63,180 bases of DNA from Oscillospiraceae bacterium (GTDB taxonomy: Bacteria > Bacillota > Clostridia > Oscillospirales > Oscillospiraceae): positions 1 through 63,180 of the forward strand of contig JAISJJ010000126.1 in the NCBI GenBank assembly GCA_031261585.1. The letters run 5' to 3'. How positions within the stretch are numbered: position 1 is the stretch's first letter; the number at the start of each line of letters is the position of its first letter. The position numbers were made by a program, and so were the translations under genes. Under the pieces are notes generated by a model, which was given only the letters and a program-made list of their open reading frames with translations, ran no database searches and was not told where the DNA came from. Positions 51,162-62,700 of this stretch are shown in pieces.

Positions 51162-53916
51162 CGCGACCGTGGCAGTCCTTGTACTTCATCGGCAGACCGT
51201 TCGGACGCTTCTTGCCGCACGGGCAGGGGTCGTTGCGCCCGATTTTCGCGCCCGTCTTGACGGGTTGCTGCTTGACGGTGCCGTCGCCGCCGATGTTCGC
51301 CGACTGTTCACGCGCGTTTTTCGAGACACTGCGGCGTTCGAGCGTCTCCTGACTGCGCAGACGCACGGTGAACAGACGCTTCACAACCTCGCCTTTTATG
51401 GCTTCGATCATCTCGTCGAACACCTCGAACCCCTCGCGCTTGTACTCGTCGACGGGGTTCGTCTGGGCATACGCGCGCAACCGCACACCGTCGCGCAGAT
51501 CCTCCATCGCCTCGATGTGTTCAATCCAGTACTCGTCGACGACGCGCAGGAGAATCACGCGTTCAAGTTCGCGCATCACGAGGATATCGGTGTTCGGAAT
51601 GAATCCGAGGTCGGCTTCTTTCTTATCGTACACCGCCGTGGCGGTCTCAAACAGCGTGTCCGTCAACTCGGCGTGCGAGAAACCGCCGTGCGTGAACGGG
51701 ATAGCGTTTTGTTTCAGGAACAGCGGCTCGAATTGCGATGTTATCTCGCGCAACGTCTCGTCGTCGTCCACCGTGGAGGGTACCGCGTCGTCAATCACGT
51801 CGCGCAGCATACTCATCACGTTGTCGCGCACGGATTCGCCGTCCAGCACCTTTGTGCGCTGGTCGTATATCAGCTTGCGCTGGGTGTTCATCACGTCGTC
51901 GTATTCGAGTACGTTCTTGCGCATCTGGAAGTTGCGCGACTCGATCTTGCGCTGGGCGTTCTCAATCGCGTTCGAGAGAATCTTCTGGTCGATCGGCGTG
52001 TCCTCGTCGATTTTCAGCGTTTCCATCATGCCGAGAATACGCTCGGAGCCGAACAGACGCATGATATCGTCTGTCATCGAGATGAAGAATTTCGACGCAC
52101 CGGGGTCACCCTGCCGTCCGCCGCGTCCGCGCAACTGGTTGTCGATACGGCGTGACTCATGACGCTCGGTGCCGACGATGAACAGTCCGCCCGCCGCGAT
52201 GACGCGCTCGTACTCCTCGTCGGTGGATTTTTTGTGGAACGCGAGACGCTCCGTGAACTGCGCGCGCGCACTCAGAATCTCCGCGTCGTCCGTGTCGGCG
52301 TGACCGTCAGCTTCGGCGACGAGTTCCTCCGTCAGACCCGACTTGCGCAGATCGGTCAGCGCGAGATACTCGGGGTTGCCGCCGAGCTTGATATCGGTGC
52401 CGCGTCCCGCCATGTTCGTGGCTATCGTCACCTGAGCGTACTTACCCGCCTGCGCGACGATCTCGGCTTCGCGCTCGTGCTGTTTCGCGTTCAGCACATT
52501 GTGCTTGATACCGCGTTTTTTCAGCAGACCCGACAGATATTCGCTCTTCTCAATCGACACGGTGCCGACGAGGACGGGTTGTCCGCGCTTTTGGCACTCG
52601 TCGATCTGCTCGATGATGGCGCGGTACTTGCCCGCGTCGGATTTGTACACCGCGTCGGGATTGTCGATGCGGATTACTTTCTTATTCGTCGGAATCTCGA
52701 TGATGTCGAGCTTGTAAATCGCGCCGAACTCCTCCTCCTCGGTCAGCGCGGTACCCGTCATGCCGCTGAGTTTGTCGTACATGCGGAAATAGTTCTGGAA
52801 TGTCACCGTCGCTTGGGTTTTCGACTCGTGCGCGACCTCGACGTGCTCTTTCGCCTCGATCGCCTGATGCAGACCCTCGTTGTACCGTCTGCCGTACATG
52901 AGACGCCCTGTGAACTCGTCGACGATGATGACCTCACCCTCCTCGACGACGTAGTCGATGTCGCGCTTCATGATACCGTGCGCGCGAACCGCCTGATTGA
53001 TGTGGTGCGCGAGCGTCGAATTTTCCAGATCGGCGAGATTTTCGAGGTTGAAGTGGCGTTCGGCTTTCGTGATACCGCGCGCCGTCAGCGTAGCGGACTT
53101 CGCCTTTTCGTCCACGACGTAATCCGCGTCGTCGCTGTCGTCCGCGTCGCTCTTCTCGTCGAGTGTCGCGAACACTTGGCGGCGCAGTGCGGACACGAAC
53201 GAGTCGACCTGCCCGTAAATCTCGGTGCTCTCGTCGCCCTCGCCCGCGATGATGAGCGGGGTGCGCGCTTCGTCGATGAGAATCGAGTCCACCTCGTCGA
53301 CGATGACGAAGTTGAACCCGCGCTGTACGGTATCTTTCCTGTACAACGCCATGTTGTCGCGCAGGTAGTCGAAACCCATCTCGTTATTCGTGCCGTATGT
53401 GATGTCGGCGGCGTAGGACACGCGCCGTTCGGGGTTTTTCATGCCGTTGATGATCAGTCCGACATCAAGCCCGAGAAAGCGGTGAACCTTGCCCATCCAC
53501 TCGCTGTCGCGCTGAGCCAGATAGTCGTTGACGGTGACGATGTGTACGCCCTTGCCCGCGAGCGCGTTGAGGTATGCGGGCATGACGGCGACGAGCGTCT
53601 TGCCCTCGCCCGTTTTCATCTCCGCGATACGCCCCTGATGCAGCACCACGCCGCCGATGAGTTGTACGCGGTACGGGCGCAGACCGAGTACGCGGTCGGA
53701 CGCTTCGCGCGCGACGGCGAACGCCTCGGGGAGAATGTCGTCGAGCGTCTCACCCGCCGCGAGCCGCGCCTTGAACACGTCGGTTTTCGCGCGCAGTTCA
53801 GCGTCGGACAGTGCGCGGTACGCGGTCTTGTACGACTCGATTTTGTCGATGATCGGGTTCAGAGCGCGCACCTCGCGCTCGCTGTGCGTGCCGAAGATTT
53901 TTGAAACAATGCTCAT
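51154..53916 (-). CDS. secA: preprotein translocase ATPase SecA
   Basis: ATG 53916 (track ORF extends to 53973). IAEMKTGEGKTLV, VTVNDYLA, TNMAGRGTDIKLGG, and a C-terminal zinc finger CPCGKK..KDCHG. Confidence 0.95.
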   Translation of the reverse strand: MSIVSKIFGTHSEREVRALNPIIDKIESYKTAYRALSDAELRAKTDVFKARLAAGETLDDILPEAFAVAREASDRVLGLRPYRVQLIGGVVLHQGRIAEMKTGEGKTLVAVMPAYLNALAGKGVHIVTVNDYLAQRDSEWMGKVHRFLGLDVGLIINGMKNPERRVSYAADITYGTNNEMGFDYLRDNMALYRKDTVQRGFNFVIVDEVDSILIDEARTPLIIAGEGDESTEIYGQVDSFVSALRRQVFATLDEKSDADDSDDADYVVDEKAKSATLTARGITKAERHFNLENLADLENSTLAHHINQAVRAHGIMKRDIDYVVEEGEVIIVDEFTGRLMYGRRYNEGLHQAIEAKEHVEVAHESKTQATVTFQNYFRMYDKLSGMTGTALTEEEEFGAIYKLDIIEIPTNKKVIRIDNPDAVYKSDAGKYRAIIEQIDECQKRGQPVLVGTVSIEKSEYLSGLLKKRGIKHNVLNAKQHEREAEIVAQAGKYAQVTIATNMAGRGTDIKLGGNPEYLALTDLRKSGLTEELVAEADGHADTDDAEILSARAQFTERLAFHKKSTDEEYERVIAAGGLFIVGTERHESRRIDNQLRGRGGRQGDPGASKFFISMTDDIMRLFGSERILGMMETLKIDEDTPIDQKILSNAIENAQRKIESRNFQMRKNVLEYDDVMNTQRKLIYDQRTKVLDGESVRDNVMSMLRDVIDDAVPSTVDDDETLREITSQFEPLFLKQNAIPFTHGGFSHAELTDTLFETATAVYDKKEADLGFIPNTDILVMRELERVILLRVVDEYWIEHIEAMEDLRDGVRLRAYAQTNPVDEYKREGFEVFDEMIEAIKGEVVKRLFTVRLRSQETLERRSVSKNAREQSANIGGDGTVKQQPVKTGAKIGRNDPCPCGKKRPNGLPMKYKDCHGRDA

Positions 53917-53981
53917 AAGTGATATGTCAGCCTTTCGGGTGGTTAGCAGTAAGATTTTCGCGGATATACACATGCACCGTT

Positions 53982-54010
53982 ATTATAGCACATATCGAAC
54001 CCGAGTAAAA
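53982..54010 (-). promoter_or_regulatory. sigma-A promoter candidate (extended -10) for secA
   Basis: Minus strand TTTTAC (54010-54005), 17 nt ending in TGC, TATAAT (53987-53982). Confidence 0.4.
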
Positions 54011-54050
54011 GCAAAATTTTTGTAACAGCGCGCAGACGTTTCGGGACACC

Positions 54051-54131
54051 GTAGGGGACGCCGCCCTCGGCGTCCCGTCACCGCAAATGCGTAAACCAGA
54101 GACGCGGGACGCCGAAGGCGGCGTCCCCTAC
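54051..54131. repeat. long GTAGGGGACGCCGCC hairpin module (second copy of 7938-8011)
   Basis: GTAGGGGACGCCGCCctcGGCGTCCCG ... CGGGACGCCgaaGGCGGCGTCCCCTAC. Confidence 0.85.
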
Positions 54132-54175
54132 GGTTTGCAAGCGTATTCGTCCGCAATAACGAACACTTAACAAAA

Positions 54176-54259
54176 AGACGAGAGTTACAGCAAAACCGAA
54201 CCCTCGTCCTATCCCCGTTAATTGTTAATTGTTAATTGTTAGTTGTTAATTATCAATTG
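54176..54259. repeat. GC hairpin remnant + TTAACAR heptamer array
   Basis: agacgagagtt..aaccctcgtcc followed by gttaattgttaattgttaattgttagttgttaattatcaattg. The ispF stop lies in the array. Confidence 0.8.
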
Positions 54260-54716
54260 CCACCGCCGCCGTCGCGCTTATCCCTTCGCCGCTGCCCGTG
54301 AAGCCCATGTGTTCCTCCGTCGTCGCCTTGACGCTCACGCGGTCAATGTCGCAACTCAGCGTTGCGGCGAGAACGGTGCGCATCAATTCTATGTGCGGGG
54401 CGAGTTTCGGGGCTTGCAGCACGATTGTGATGTCGCAGTTGCCGAGCGTGTACCCGCGTTCGCGCGCCATCGCGTAACACTCGCGCAGCAGCACGAGACT
54501 TGATACGCCGCGATACCGCTCGTCCGTGTCGGGGAAGTGCTTGCCGATATCGCCGAGCGCGAGCGCGCCGAGAATCGCGTCGCACAGCGCGTGAACCGCG
54601 ACATCCGCGTCCGAGTGTCCGTCGGGACCGAAATCGCTCGGCACAGTGACCCCGCACAGCACCATGGCGCGCCCCGCGACGAGCCGATGCGCGTCATAAC
54701 CGAAGCCTATTCGCAT
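54246..54716 (-). CDS. ispF: 2-C-methyl-D-erythritol 2,4-cyclodiphosphate synthase
   Basis: MRIGFGYDAHRL..GHSDADV..HALCDAILGALALGDIGKHFPD. Confidence 0.95.
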   Translation of the reverse strand: MRIGFGYDAHRLVAGRAMVLCGVTVPSDFGPDGHSDADVAVHALCDAILGALALGDIGKHFPDTDERYRGVSSLVLLRECYAMARERGYTLGNCDITIVLQAPKLAPHIELMRTVLAATLSCDIDRVSVKATTEEHMGFTGSGEGISATAAVAIDN

Positions 54717-55384
54717 GGGAGCACCTTGAATAACGCTTCCGCGACCGTCAAATCCTCGGGCGTGGTGATTTTTATGTTCAGCCGCGAACCCGCGACGGTA
54801 TGCACCGCCGCGCCGAGAGCTTCCACAAGCGACGCGTCGTCCGTCGCGTCACCTCCGCGCTCAATTGCGGCTTTCAGCAAGTCCATGTTAAACACTTGCG
54901 GTGTCTGTGCTTCGTACAGTTCCGAGCGGTCGGGCGTCTCGCGGATCACAGAGTTTTCGACGCGCTTGATCGTCGAGGTCACGGGTACGACGGGGATCGC
55001 GGCGTGGAACTTTGCCGCGCGCTCGATTGCCGACGTGATGATCCCGTCCGACACGAGCGGGCGCGCACCGTCGTGAATCGCGGCGAGATCGCACTTTTTC
55101 GACGCGGCGTATACCCCGTTGCGCACAGATTCGCCGCGCGTGTTCCCGCCCGCGACGACGGCTGTGAGTTTTTCGATTTTGTACTCTGTCGCAAGCGTTT
55201 TGACGCGTTCGATATGCTCCTCGCGCGTGACGACTACGATCTCGTTGACGCGGGCGTTGTGCTGAAACGCCGCCATCGTCCGCGCGATTACGGGAATGCC
55301 ACAGAGAAGCGCGAACTGTTTGTCCGCGCCGAAACGAGCGGACTGTCCACCCGCGACTATGATTGCCGAGACAAAGCCCCGCAT
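54707..55384 (-). CDS. ispD: 2-C-methyl-D-erythritol 4-phosphate cytidylyltransferase
   Basis: ATG 55384 (track ORF extends to 55438). AIIVAGGQSARFG..DKQF, VVVTRE, IHDGARP, TPQVF. 10-nt overlap with ispF. Confidence 0.9.
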   Translation of the reverse strand: MRGFVSAIIVAGGQSARFGADKQFALLCGIPVIARTMAAFQHNARVNEIVVVTREEHIERVKTLATEYKIEKLTAVVAGGNTRGESVRNGVYAASKKCDLAAIHDGARPLVSDGIITSAIERAAKFHAAIPVVPVTSTIKRVENSVIRETPDRSELYEAQTPQVFNMDLLKAAIERGGDATDDASLVEALGAAVHTVAGSRLNIKITTPEDLTVAEALFKVLPCE

Positions 55385-55397
55385 TACGTTTATTCTC

Positions 55398-55871
55398 CTA
55401 CGCGAATATGAGATCAAGGCTCTGCTCGACCTCTTCATAGCTTGAATCCTGAGACAACACCAGTTCGGATATCAGAATCTGTTTCGCCGAGTGCAGCATC
55501 TTGCGCTCACCCGTGGACAATCCGCGCTCACCGTCGCGCGCAATCAGACCTTTGATGACGCGGGCGACTTCGGTCAAATCGCCGCTCGTGATGCGCTGCA
55601 TATTCTCACGATAACGGCGGTTCCAGTTTGCCGTCATCTCAATATCGAGCGCGGGTATCGCGTCGATGAGGTCGCGCGCGACACACGGCTCGCACACAGG
55701 GCGCACGCCGACCGCGTCGCAATTCTCAACAGGGAACAGCACGGTCATGCCGCCGCGCATACGCATGAGGTAGTAACTGCGCGTCACCCCGCCCATCTTG
55801 CGCTCTTCAATGCTGTCTATGATGCCCGCTCCGTGCATAGGGTGCGCAATTTTATCGCCGATATTGAACAT
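55398..55871 (-). CDS. carD: CarD/CdnL-family RNA-polymerase-binding transcription factor
   Basis: MFNIGDKIAHPMHGAGIIDSIEERKMGGVTRSYYLMRM. Confidence 0.9.
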   Translation of the reverse strand: MFNIGDKIAHPMHGAGIIDSIEERKMGGVTRSYYLMRMRGGMTVLFPVENCDAVGVRPVCEPCVARDLIDAIPALDIEMTANWNRRYRENMQRITSGDLTEVARVIKGLIARDGERGLSTGERKMLHSAKQILISELVLSQDSSYEEVEQSLDLIFA

Positions 55872-55912
55872 TAATACTCCAAACTTATATCATCTATGAT
55901 CTGCTTGATGCT

Positions 55913-55942
55913 ATTATACACCCTTTTTGATAGAAATAGCAA
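55913..55942 (-). promoter_or_regulatory. sigma-A promoter (extended -10) for carD-ispDF
   Basis: Minus strand TTGCTA (55942-55937), 18 nt ending in TGT, TATAAT (55918-55913). Confidence 0.5.
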
Positions 55943-56040
55943 GCCTTTTGCGCACAAATTTAGAAAGTTTGTGAATTTTGCCGAAGAATCGAGCGCGATT
56001 TCGCGCCGAGACATGCGCATATTGCGAATACTTTCGCGTT

Positions 56041-56665
56041 TGGCGGCAAAGCTAAACCGAAGCGGACGGGGAACAAATACCGCCGACTGCGGTCGGCGAC
56101 GGCAGATAACAGATAACGGATATCAGATAACAGATACGGACGGGAGTTGCGGGACAGTGCCGTAGGGGCGACCATTGGTCGCCCGTCGAGGTTGTTCGCG
56201 CCACAACAGGGCGACCACGCAGGGTCGCCCCTACACAAACCACAACACGTGAGCGGGAACCAAGACCCTGCCACGCACCAATGTGCGGCAGCGAAACGAG
56301 CCGCAGTGTCTTTTGATGTGACGTGACTTGTCAATTAACAATTAACAATGAACAATTAACAGTTTCGAGGGTTTGGACGAGAGCTGCGGGAAACGTAAAT
56401 GAGTTAGGGTAGCGGTCAATCCAAGCCCCCCGTAATTGTTAATTGTCAATTGTTCATTGTTAATTGCCATCGCGGGCTTTGGTTACTTTCTCCCGAAAGA
56501 AAGTAACGCCGCGCGGCGAGCGCGGACAGAGTTGCGAAACGCAGAGAATCGCCTGCGGTGAAGCCGCAAGATGAATCGGCAATTGAGGGGATTCTTCGCT
56601 TCGCTCAGAATGACAGAGAACAGCAGGGGCGATGCGGACATCGCCCCCTACGAGGACGCGAGACG
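56041..56665. repeat. ~625-bp mosaic repeat block (right member of the inverted pair with 45181-45832)
   Basis: CCGCCGACTGCGGTCGGCG palindrome; CAGATAA heptamers (56103-56136); module Y' (56161-56328); a heptamer-armed composite palindrome (56331-56468); module X' (56473-56615); GGGGCGATgcggacATCGCCCCCTAC hairpin. Confidence 0.85.
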
Positions 56666-56711
56666 CGAAACAGTCAACGTGCGATTCGCATACTGAACTA
56701 TCGGGAGAGTT

Positions 56712-59700
56712 ATGGCAGACGACGGCTTCACATTACGGGAGATCAGGCGCGATATCGCGGCTGTACGCAACGCCACGGCGCGCGAGACGGACACGCCCGC
56801 GCTCGATTGGCTGCGCGACAACCGATATCTCGCGGAGCGCGAGTACTCTGCCGCAATGTCGGACATTCGCGGCGCGCGGGTATCTCGGCGCGGGTTAACG
56901 TCGGTGTTCGCGGCGGCGCGATATATAGTGCGCGGGTGCGGCTGCGAGGTCACGGAGGACGCGATCACGCGCGCACTGTCAGAGCGCGAACCGTTGCGGG
57001 AACAGGAGATCGCGCTGATAATTCCCGCGCTGAAACTCGCGTTGATCCGCGATATCGCGCATTGTGCGGACGAACTCACGATATCACGCGCGTTCACCTC
57101 TCTGCGCGAACTCGCGGCGCGCGATTACGGCGCGACGCTCGAGCGCGTGAGCGTGGTCGACCGCGAACTGCGACGCGATCCCGCGCGAATCTATGCCGAG
57201 ATGGACGCGGACACGCGCCGCGACTACCGATTCGAGGTGGCGCGTCTTGCGCGGCGCAACGGGTTGAGCGAGGGCGACGCGGCGGCGCGCATTGTGGCAC
57301 TCGCGCGGGAAAACGGCGCGCACGTCGGCGAGTACATCTTTGAGACACCGCTCGGACGCGCAAAACCGCGCCGCGACGGGCGATTGTACATCACGGCGTT
57401 TATCGCGCTGCCGCTTGTGCTTGCAGCGGCAGTCGGCGTGCTGTGCGGTGCAGTTTCGGGCATAATCGCGCTGATACCGCTGTCCGAGATCGTCAAAACC
57501 GCGCTCGACACGTGCGTTCTGCGCACACACCGCAGTCGGCGCGTGTTCCGCATGGCGTTTGAGGACGGCGTACCCGACGGCGCGCGCACGCTCTGCGTCG
57601 TCTCGATTCTGCTCACGGGCGCGCAAAAGTGCGAGACGGCGGCGGGATTGATTGAGGAATACCGTCTCGCAAACCGCGACGCGGGCGCGAATCTGACGTT
57701 CGCGCTGCTCGCCGACCTGCCCGAGTCGAAATTCGCGCACACGGAGAGCGACGATGCGATTATCGCCGCCGCCGTGTCCGCAATTGAGCGGTTGAACGCA
57801 AAATACGGCGGCGGGTTTCACCTGTTCCTGCGCGGGCGGACGTTTTCATCGCGTGACGGGATTTGGCGCGGACGCGAGCGCAAACGCGGTGCGATTGAGG
57901 ATTTGACGCGGTATCTGCGCGGACAATCCGAGCCGTTCGCCGCTATTGCGGGTGAAAGACCGAGAGATGTGCGGTACGTACTCACGCTCGATGAGGACAC
58001 GCGCCTGACCGTCGGCTCGGCGCGCGAGATGATAGGGGCGATGGGACATCCCCTAAACGCGCCCGTAATCGACCCGCAAAAACGCGCCGTCACGCGCGGA
58101 TTCGGCATCATGCAGCCGCGTGTTGTGACCGAGCTCGCCGCGTCGACCGCGACGGGGTTGACACGCCTGTTCAGCGGCAGGGGAGGACTGGACCCGTATG
58201 GCGGCGCGGGCGGCGACGTGTATGCGTCACTATGCGGAGCGGGGACGTTCGTGGGCAAGGGCATTTTCGACGCGGACGCGTATCTCGCGACGCTTGATAA
58301 TCGGTTCCCGAACGAGACGGTGCTGTCGCACGACATTTTGGAGGGCGCGGTTCTGCGGTGCGGGTTCATAGGTGACGTGCAGCTCACGGACGGATTCCCC
58401 GCGTCGTCCGCGCCGTATTTCGCGCGGCTCGGACGGTGGGTGCGCGGAGACTGGCAGAACGCGCGGTTTATCGTGATGCGCGGCATACCGCCGCTCGACC
58501 GATTGAAAATCGCGGACAATCTGCGCCGCAGTCTACTGCCCGTGATCACGGCGGCGACACTGACGACGGCGGCACTCGCGCGCGGATTCGGGGTTGCGGC
58601 GATAATCGCCGTCGTATCGCTCGTGTTCGGCGATTTGACTGCGATATTGCGCGGACTGCGACCCCGCGCGGTGCGGCGGTACTTCTCGTTCATACACGAC
58701 GGCGCGGGTATGCGTATCGCGCGGGTTTTCGCGCGGCTGATGCTGCTCGCGGCGGACGCGTCCGTGTGCGCGCGGGCGATTGTGACCGCGTTGCGGCGCA
58801 GTCTGTTCACGCACCGTAAAATGCTCGAATGGACGACGGCTTCGGACGCTGAATCGCGCGCGGGCGGACTGTTCGCGTGTGTGCGGCTGTGCCTGCCCGC
58901 GCTGCTGTGCGCCGTCGCGGTGATTTTGTTCCCGCGGTCGCCGTTCGCGGCGGTTTGCGCGGTACTGTGGCTGTCGTCGCCGCTGTTTATGCGCGCGCTC
59001 GGACGGCGCAGAACGCGTAAATCCGCTCCGATACCTGAACTTGCGGGATACGCCGCCGAGATGTGGCGGTACTTTGACACGTTTTTGACCGAGCGCGACA
59101 ACTTCCTGCCGCCCGACAATGTTCAGGAGACACAGGGGCGCAAAATCGCGCACCGCACGTCGCCGACGAACATCGGACTCGCGCTCTGCTCATGTCTCGC
59201 GGCGCACGATCTGGGGATAATCGGCGCGAACCGAGCGGTTGAACTGATTGAGCGCGCACTCGGCACCGTCGAGCGGCTCCCTCGATGGCGCGGACACCTG
59301 TACAACTGGTACGACACGGAGACGCTCGAACCGCTTGCGCCGCGATACGTCTCGTCGGTGGACTCGGGCAATCTCGCCGCGTGTCTCATCGCGGCGGGTG
59401 AGGGATTGCGCGAACTCGACCGCGCCGATCTCGCCGAGCGGTGCGACAAACTGTTGCGGGAACACGATTTTGCGGCACTGTACGACGAGCCGCGCAACCT
59501 GTTCCGCGTCGGCTTTGACGCGGACAGCGGGCAGTACTCCGAGAGTACGTATGATCTGCTCGCGTCCGAGTCGATGCTGCTGAGTTTCACGGCTATCGCG
59601 ACGGGGCAGGTGCCGCGAAAGCACTGGAAACAGATGTCGCGCGCGCAGGTGGGCTATCGCGGTTATCGCGGCATGGCGTCGTGGTCGGGTACGATGTTCG

Positions 59701-62700
59701 AGTACCTGATGCCGTTTTTACTGCTGCCGCTCGAACCCGATTCGCTGCTGTACGAGAGCGCGCGGTTCGCCGTGTTCGCGCAAAAATCGTCGCATACGCA
59801 GGGGCTTTGGGGCGCGAGCGAGAGCGTATACGGCGCGTTGAACGCCGCGAACGACCACTGCTACAAGGCTCACGGCGTGCCGACACTCGCGCTGCGCCGT
59901 GGCGCGGAGTATGACCGCGTCGCCGCGCCGTATGCGTCGTTTCTCGCGCTCAGCGTCGAACCGCGCGCGGCGGCGGAGAATTTGCGGCGTTTCCGCGATA
60001 TCGGCGCGTTCGGCGCGTTCGGATTCTGCGACGCGGTGGATTTCACGCGCGGCGACGCGGAGATTGTGCGCGTGTACATGGCGCACCACGTCGGCATGAG
60101 CCTGATCGCGCTCGCGAATCACTGTGCGGACGGCGCGATGACGCGGCGGTTTACGGCGAATCCTACGATGCGCGCACATCGCGAACTGTTGCGGGAACGT
60201 GTGCCGCGCGGGTCGGCGACGATCTCGAAGCAGGGCAGGGCGTTCGCCGACAGAGCAGAGCGTTCGCCCGAACAGCCGCGTGTTCAGGCGCGCGGCGAGA
60301 GCGTTATCACGGACATCGACGCATATCTGCCGCCGTGCGCCGCGCTGAAAAACGGTGATTTCGCAACGCTTATCGCGGCGAACGGGCAGAGCGTGACGCG
60401 GTACCGCGAATTTTCGCTGACGCGCTGTGAGTTCGACGCGTCGGCGCGGCACAGCGGCGTTTTGTTCTTCGCGCGCGCCGAAAACGCGCTGATACCGCTG
60501 CAACCCGCGCCGTATATCGACTGCGGCGCAACGTATTCCGCGCGCGTGTCGGCGGACTCGCTGTCGATTGAGACGGTGTGCGGGTATTTCACCGCGACGG
60601 TGACGGCGCGCGTCACAGAGCGCGGCGAGATGCGCACCGTGACGCTGCAACCGACTGCGCCGCAACCGATTGAGCTGTTCTGCTTTTTTGAACCCGTGCT
60701 GTCGCGCGATGAGGATTTTCGGGCGCACCCCGCGTTTTCCAAGCTGTCGCTCGAATTTGAACGGTGCGGCGCCGCGCTCGTGATACGCCGCCGACCGAAG
60801 TCGGACGAGGACACGCCGCACTGCGCGCTCGCGGTGTCGCGCGGCGCGGAATTTGCCACATCGCGCGAGGAGACGTTGGGGCGGCAGGGTTTTGCGGCGT
60901 TACTCGGTGATGCGCCGTTCAAAATATTCCGCGCGACACCCGAACCGTGCGTCCTCGCGCGCGTATCGCTCGACGGGGGCGGTACCGTGACGTTCGCGCT
61001 CTCGGCGGCGTTCGACATGGAAAGCGCGGTCACAAACGCGTTGAAAACACTCGAAAATCACGTTATACCGCACGATACACAACCGCCGCCGCTCGCGCGT
61101 GAACTGCTGCCGCGACTGCTGTACCGCGATCCCGCGCGCCGTGTGCCGCAATCGGGCGTTGACGCGCTCGAACACGGGCGCGGCGCGCTGTGGAGTTGCG
61201 GGATTTCGGGCGATTTCCCGATCGTCGTGTGCGATATCGACGAGTTGCCGCAACGTGTGCGCGAATTTGCGGACGCGCACCGTTATCTGAGCGCGCGCGG
61301 TGCGGCATTCGACCTCGTGTTCGTCACGGACGAGGGCGGCGACGATTACAGCGCGCACCGACGGCGCAGTGTCGCGGACTGCCTGCGGGAACTCGGTTGT
61401 GAGGACATGTACGGTGCGCGCGGCGGTGTGTTCGTCGCGGAAAAATCGTCCGACGGCGCGCGTCTCGCGATGGCGGTTGTGCGTGTTGCGTATCCGCTGG
61501 ATAACATAGGGCGCGAGACGGCGAAACCGCTGATTCGCAAGGTGTTGCGCAGAGCCGAACCGCACACGGTGACGCACAATTGGAACGATGACGGCAGTTT
61601 CACGTTCGCGGGAACGCCGAGTGTCGCGTGGAGCCACGTGCTTGCGAACCCGCATTTCGGCGCGACTGTCACGGAGTCGGGCGTGTCGCACGTGTGGAGC
61701 CGCAACGCGCGGCAGAACATGCTGACCCCGTGGCGCAACGACCCGCTCGACAGCGGCGTTACGGCGTTTATCGAGATTGCGGGTGTGCGCGTTCCGCTGT
61801 TCTCAGACGGCGGCGACTGCCGCGTGACGTACGGGTTCGGGTGGGCGCGGTGGGAGCGCGATATCGGCGCACAGACTGTTCGCGCGACGGCGTTTGTGCC
61901 GCATGACGCGAACGCGCTCGTAATATATATAGAGTGCGGCGCGGCGACCGTCGAGTTCGCGGTTGACCTACTGCTTGCGGACAGTCTGAACGCGGAACCG
62001 ACCGTCGTCACCGAGCGGCGCGGCAACGCGATTTTCGCGCGCAACCCGATGAACCGCGACTTCCCGAACGCCGCCGCGCTCGCCGTGAGCGCGGATATCG
62101 CGGGGTTCACGACCTCGCGCGCGTCGCACGGCGCGGGGGAATGGGACGGCGCGGTCGGGTGCGGATTTCCCGCGTGTGCGGCGGTGCGCGTCAATGCGGA
62201 CGGCGCGGCGGTCATCGCGTTCGGCGACGCTGACGACGCGGTGCGGCTCACGGATATCTGCGCGGTGCGCGACGCTCTGCGGCGAACGACGGAGCATTGG
62301 CGCGAAATCACGGGTGCGGTACGGATTGAGACGCGATATCCCGCGCTGGATCGGTATGTGAACGGGTGGAGCGTGTATCAGACGCTCTGTTGCCGCGTAT
62401 ACGCGCGGTGTTCGCTGTACCAGTGCGGCGGCGCGTACGGGTTCCGCGACCAGTTGCAGGACGTTGAGGCGTTGATGCTCACACAGCCGCAGATCGCGCG
62501 TGAGCACATTTTGCGCTGTGCCGCGAAGCAGTTCGAGCGCGGCGACGTGCTGCACTGGTGGCACGAGGGGACGGGGGAGAACGGGCGCGGTGTGCGCACG
62601 CGCTGTTCCGACGATCTGCTGTGGCTGCCCGACGCGGTTGCGCGGTACGTTGAAGTGACGGGCGATCACGCGATTCTCGACGAGACTGTGCCGTTCCTGC

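Noticed and set aside
45181-56665. Composite transposon or genomic island interpretation of the inverted-repeat-flanked 10-kb block.
   Set aside because: The cargo is purL, secA, ispDF and carD (core, essential-type genes with native codon usage). There is no transposase or integrase, and the flanks are mosaic REP-like sequence rather than IS ends. It is kept only as a possible inversion substrate.
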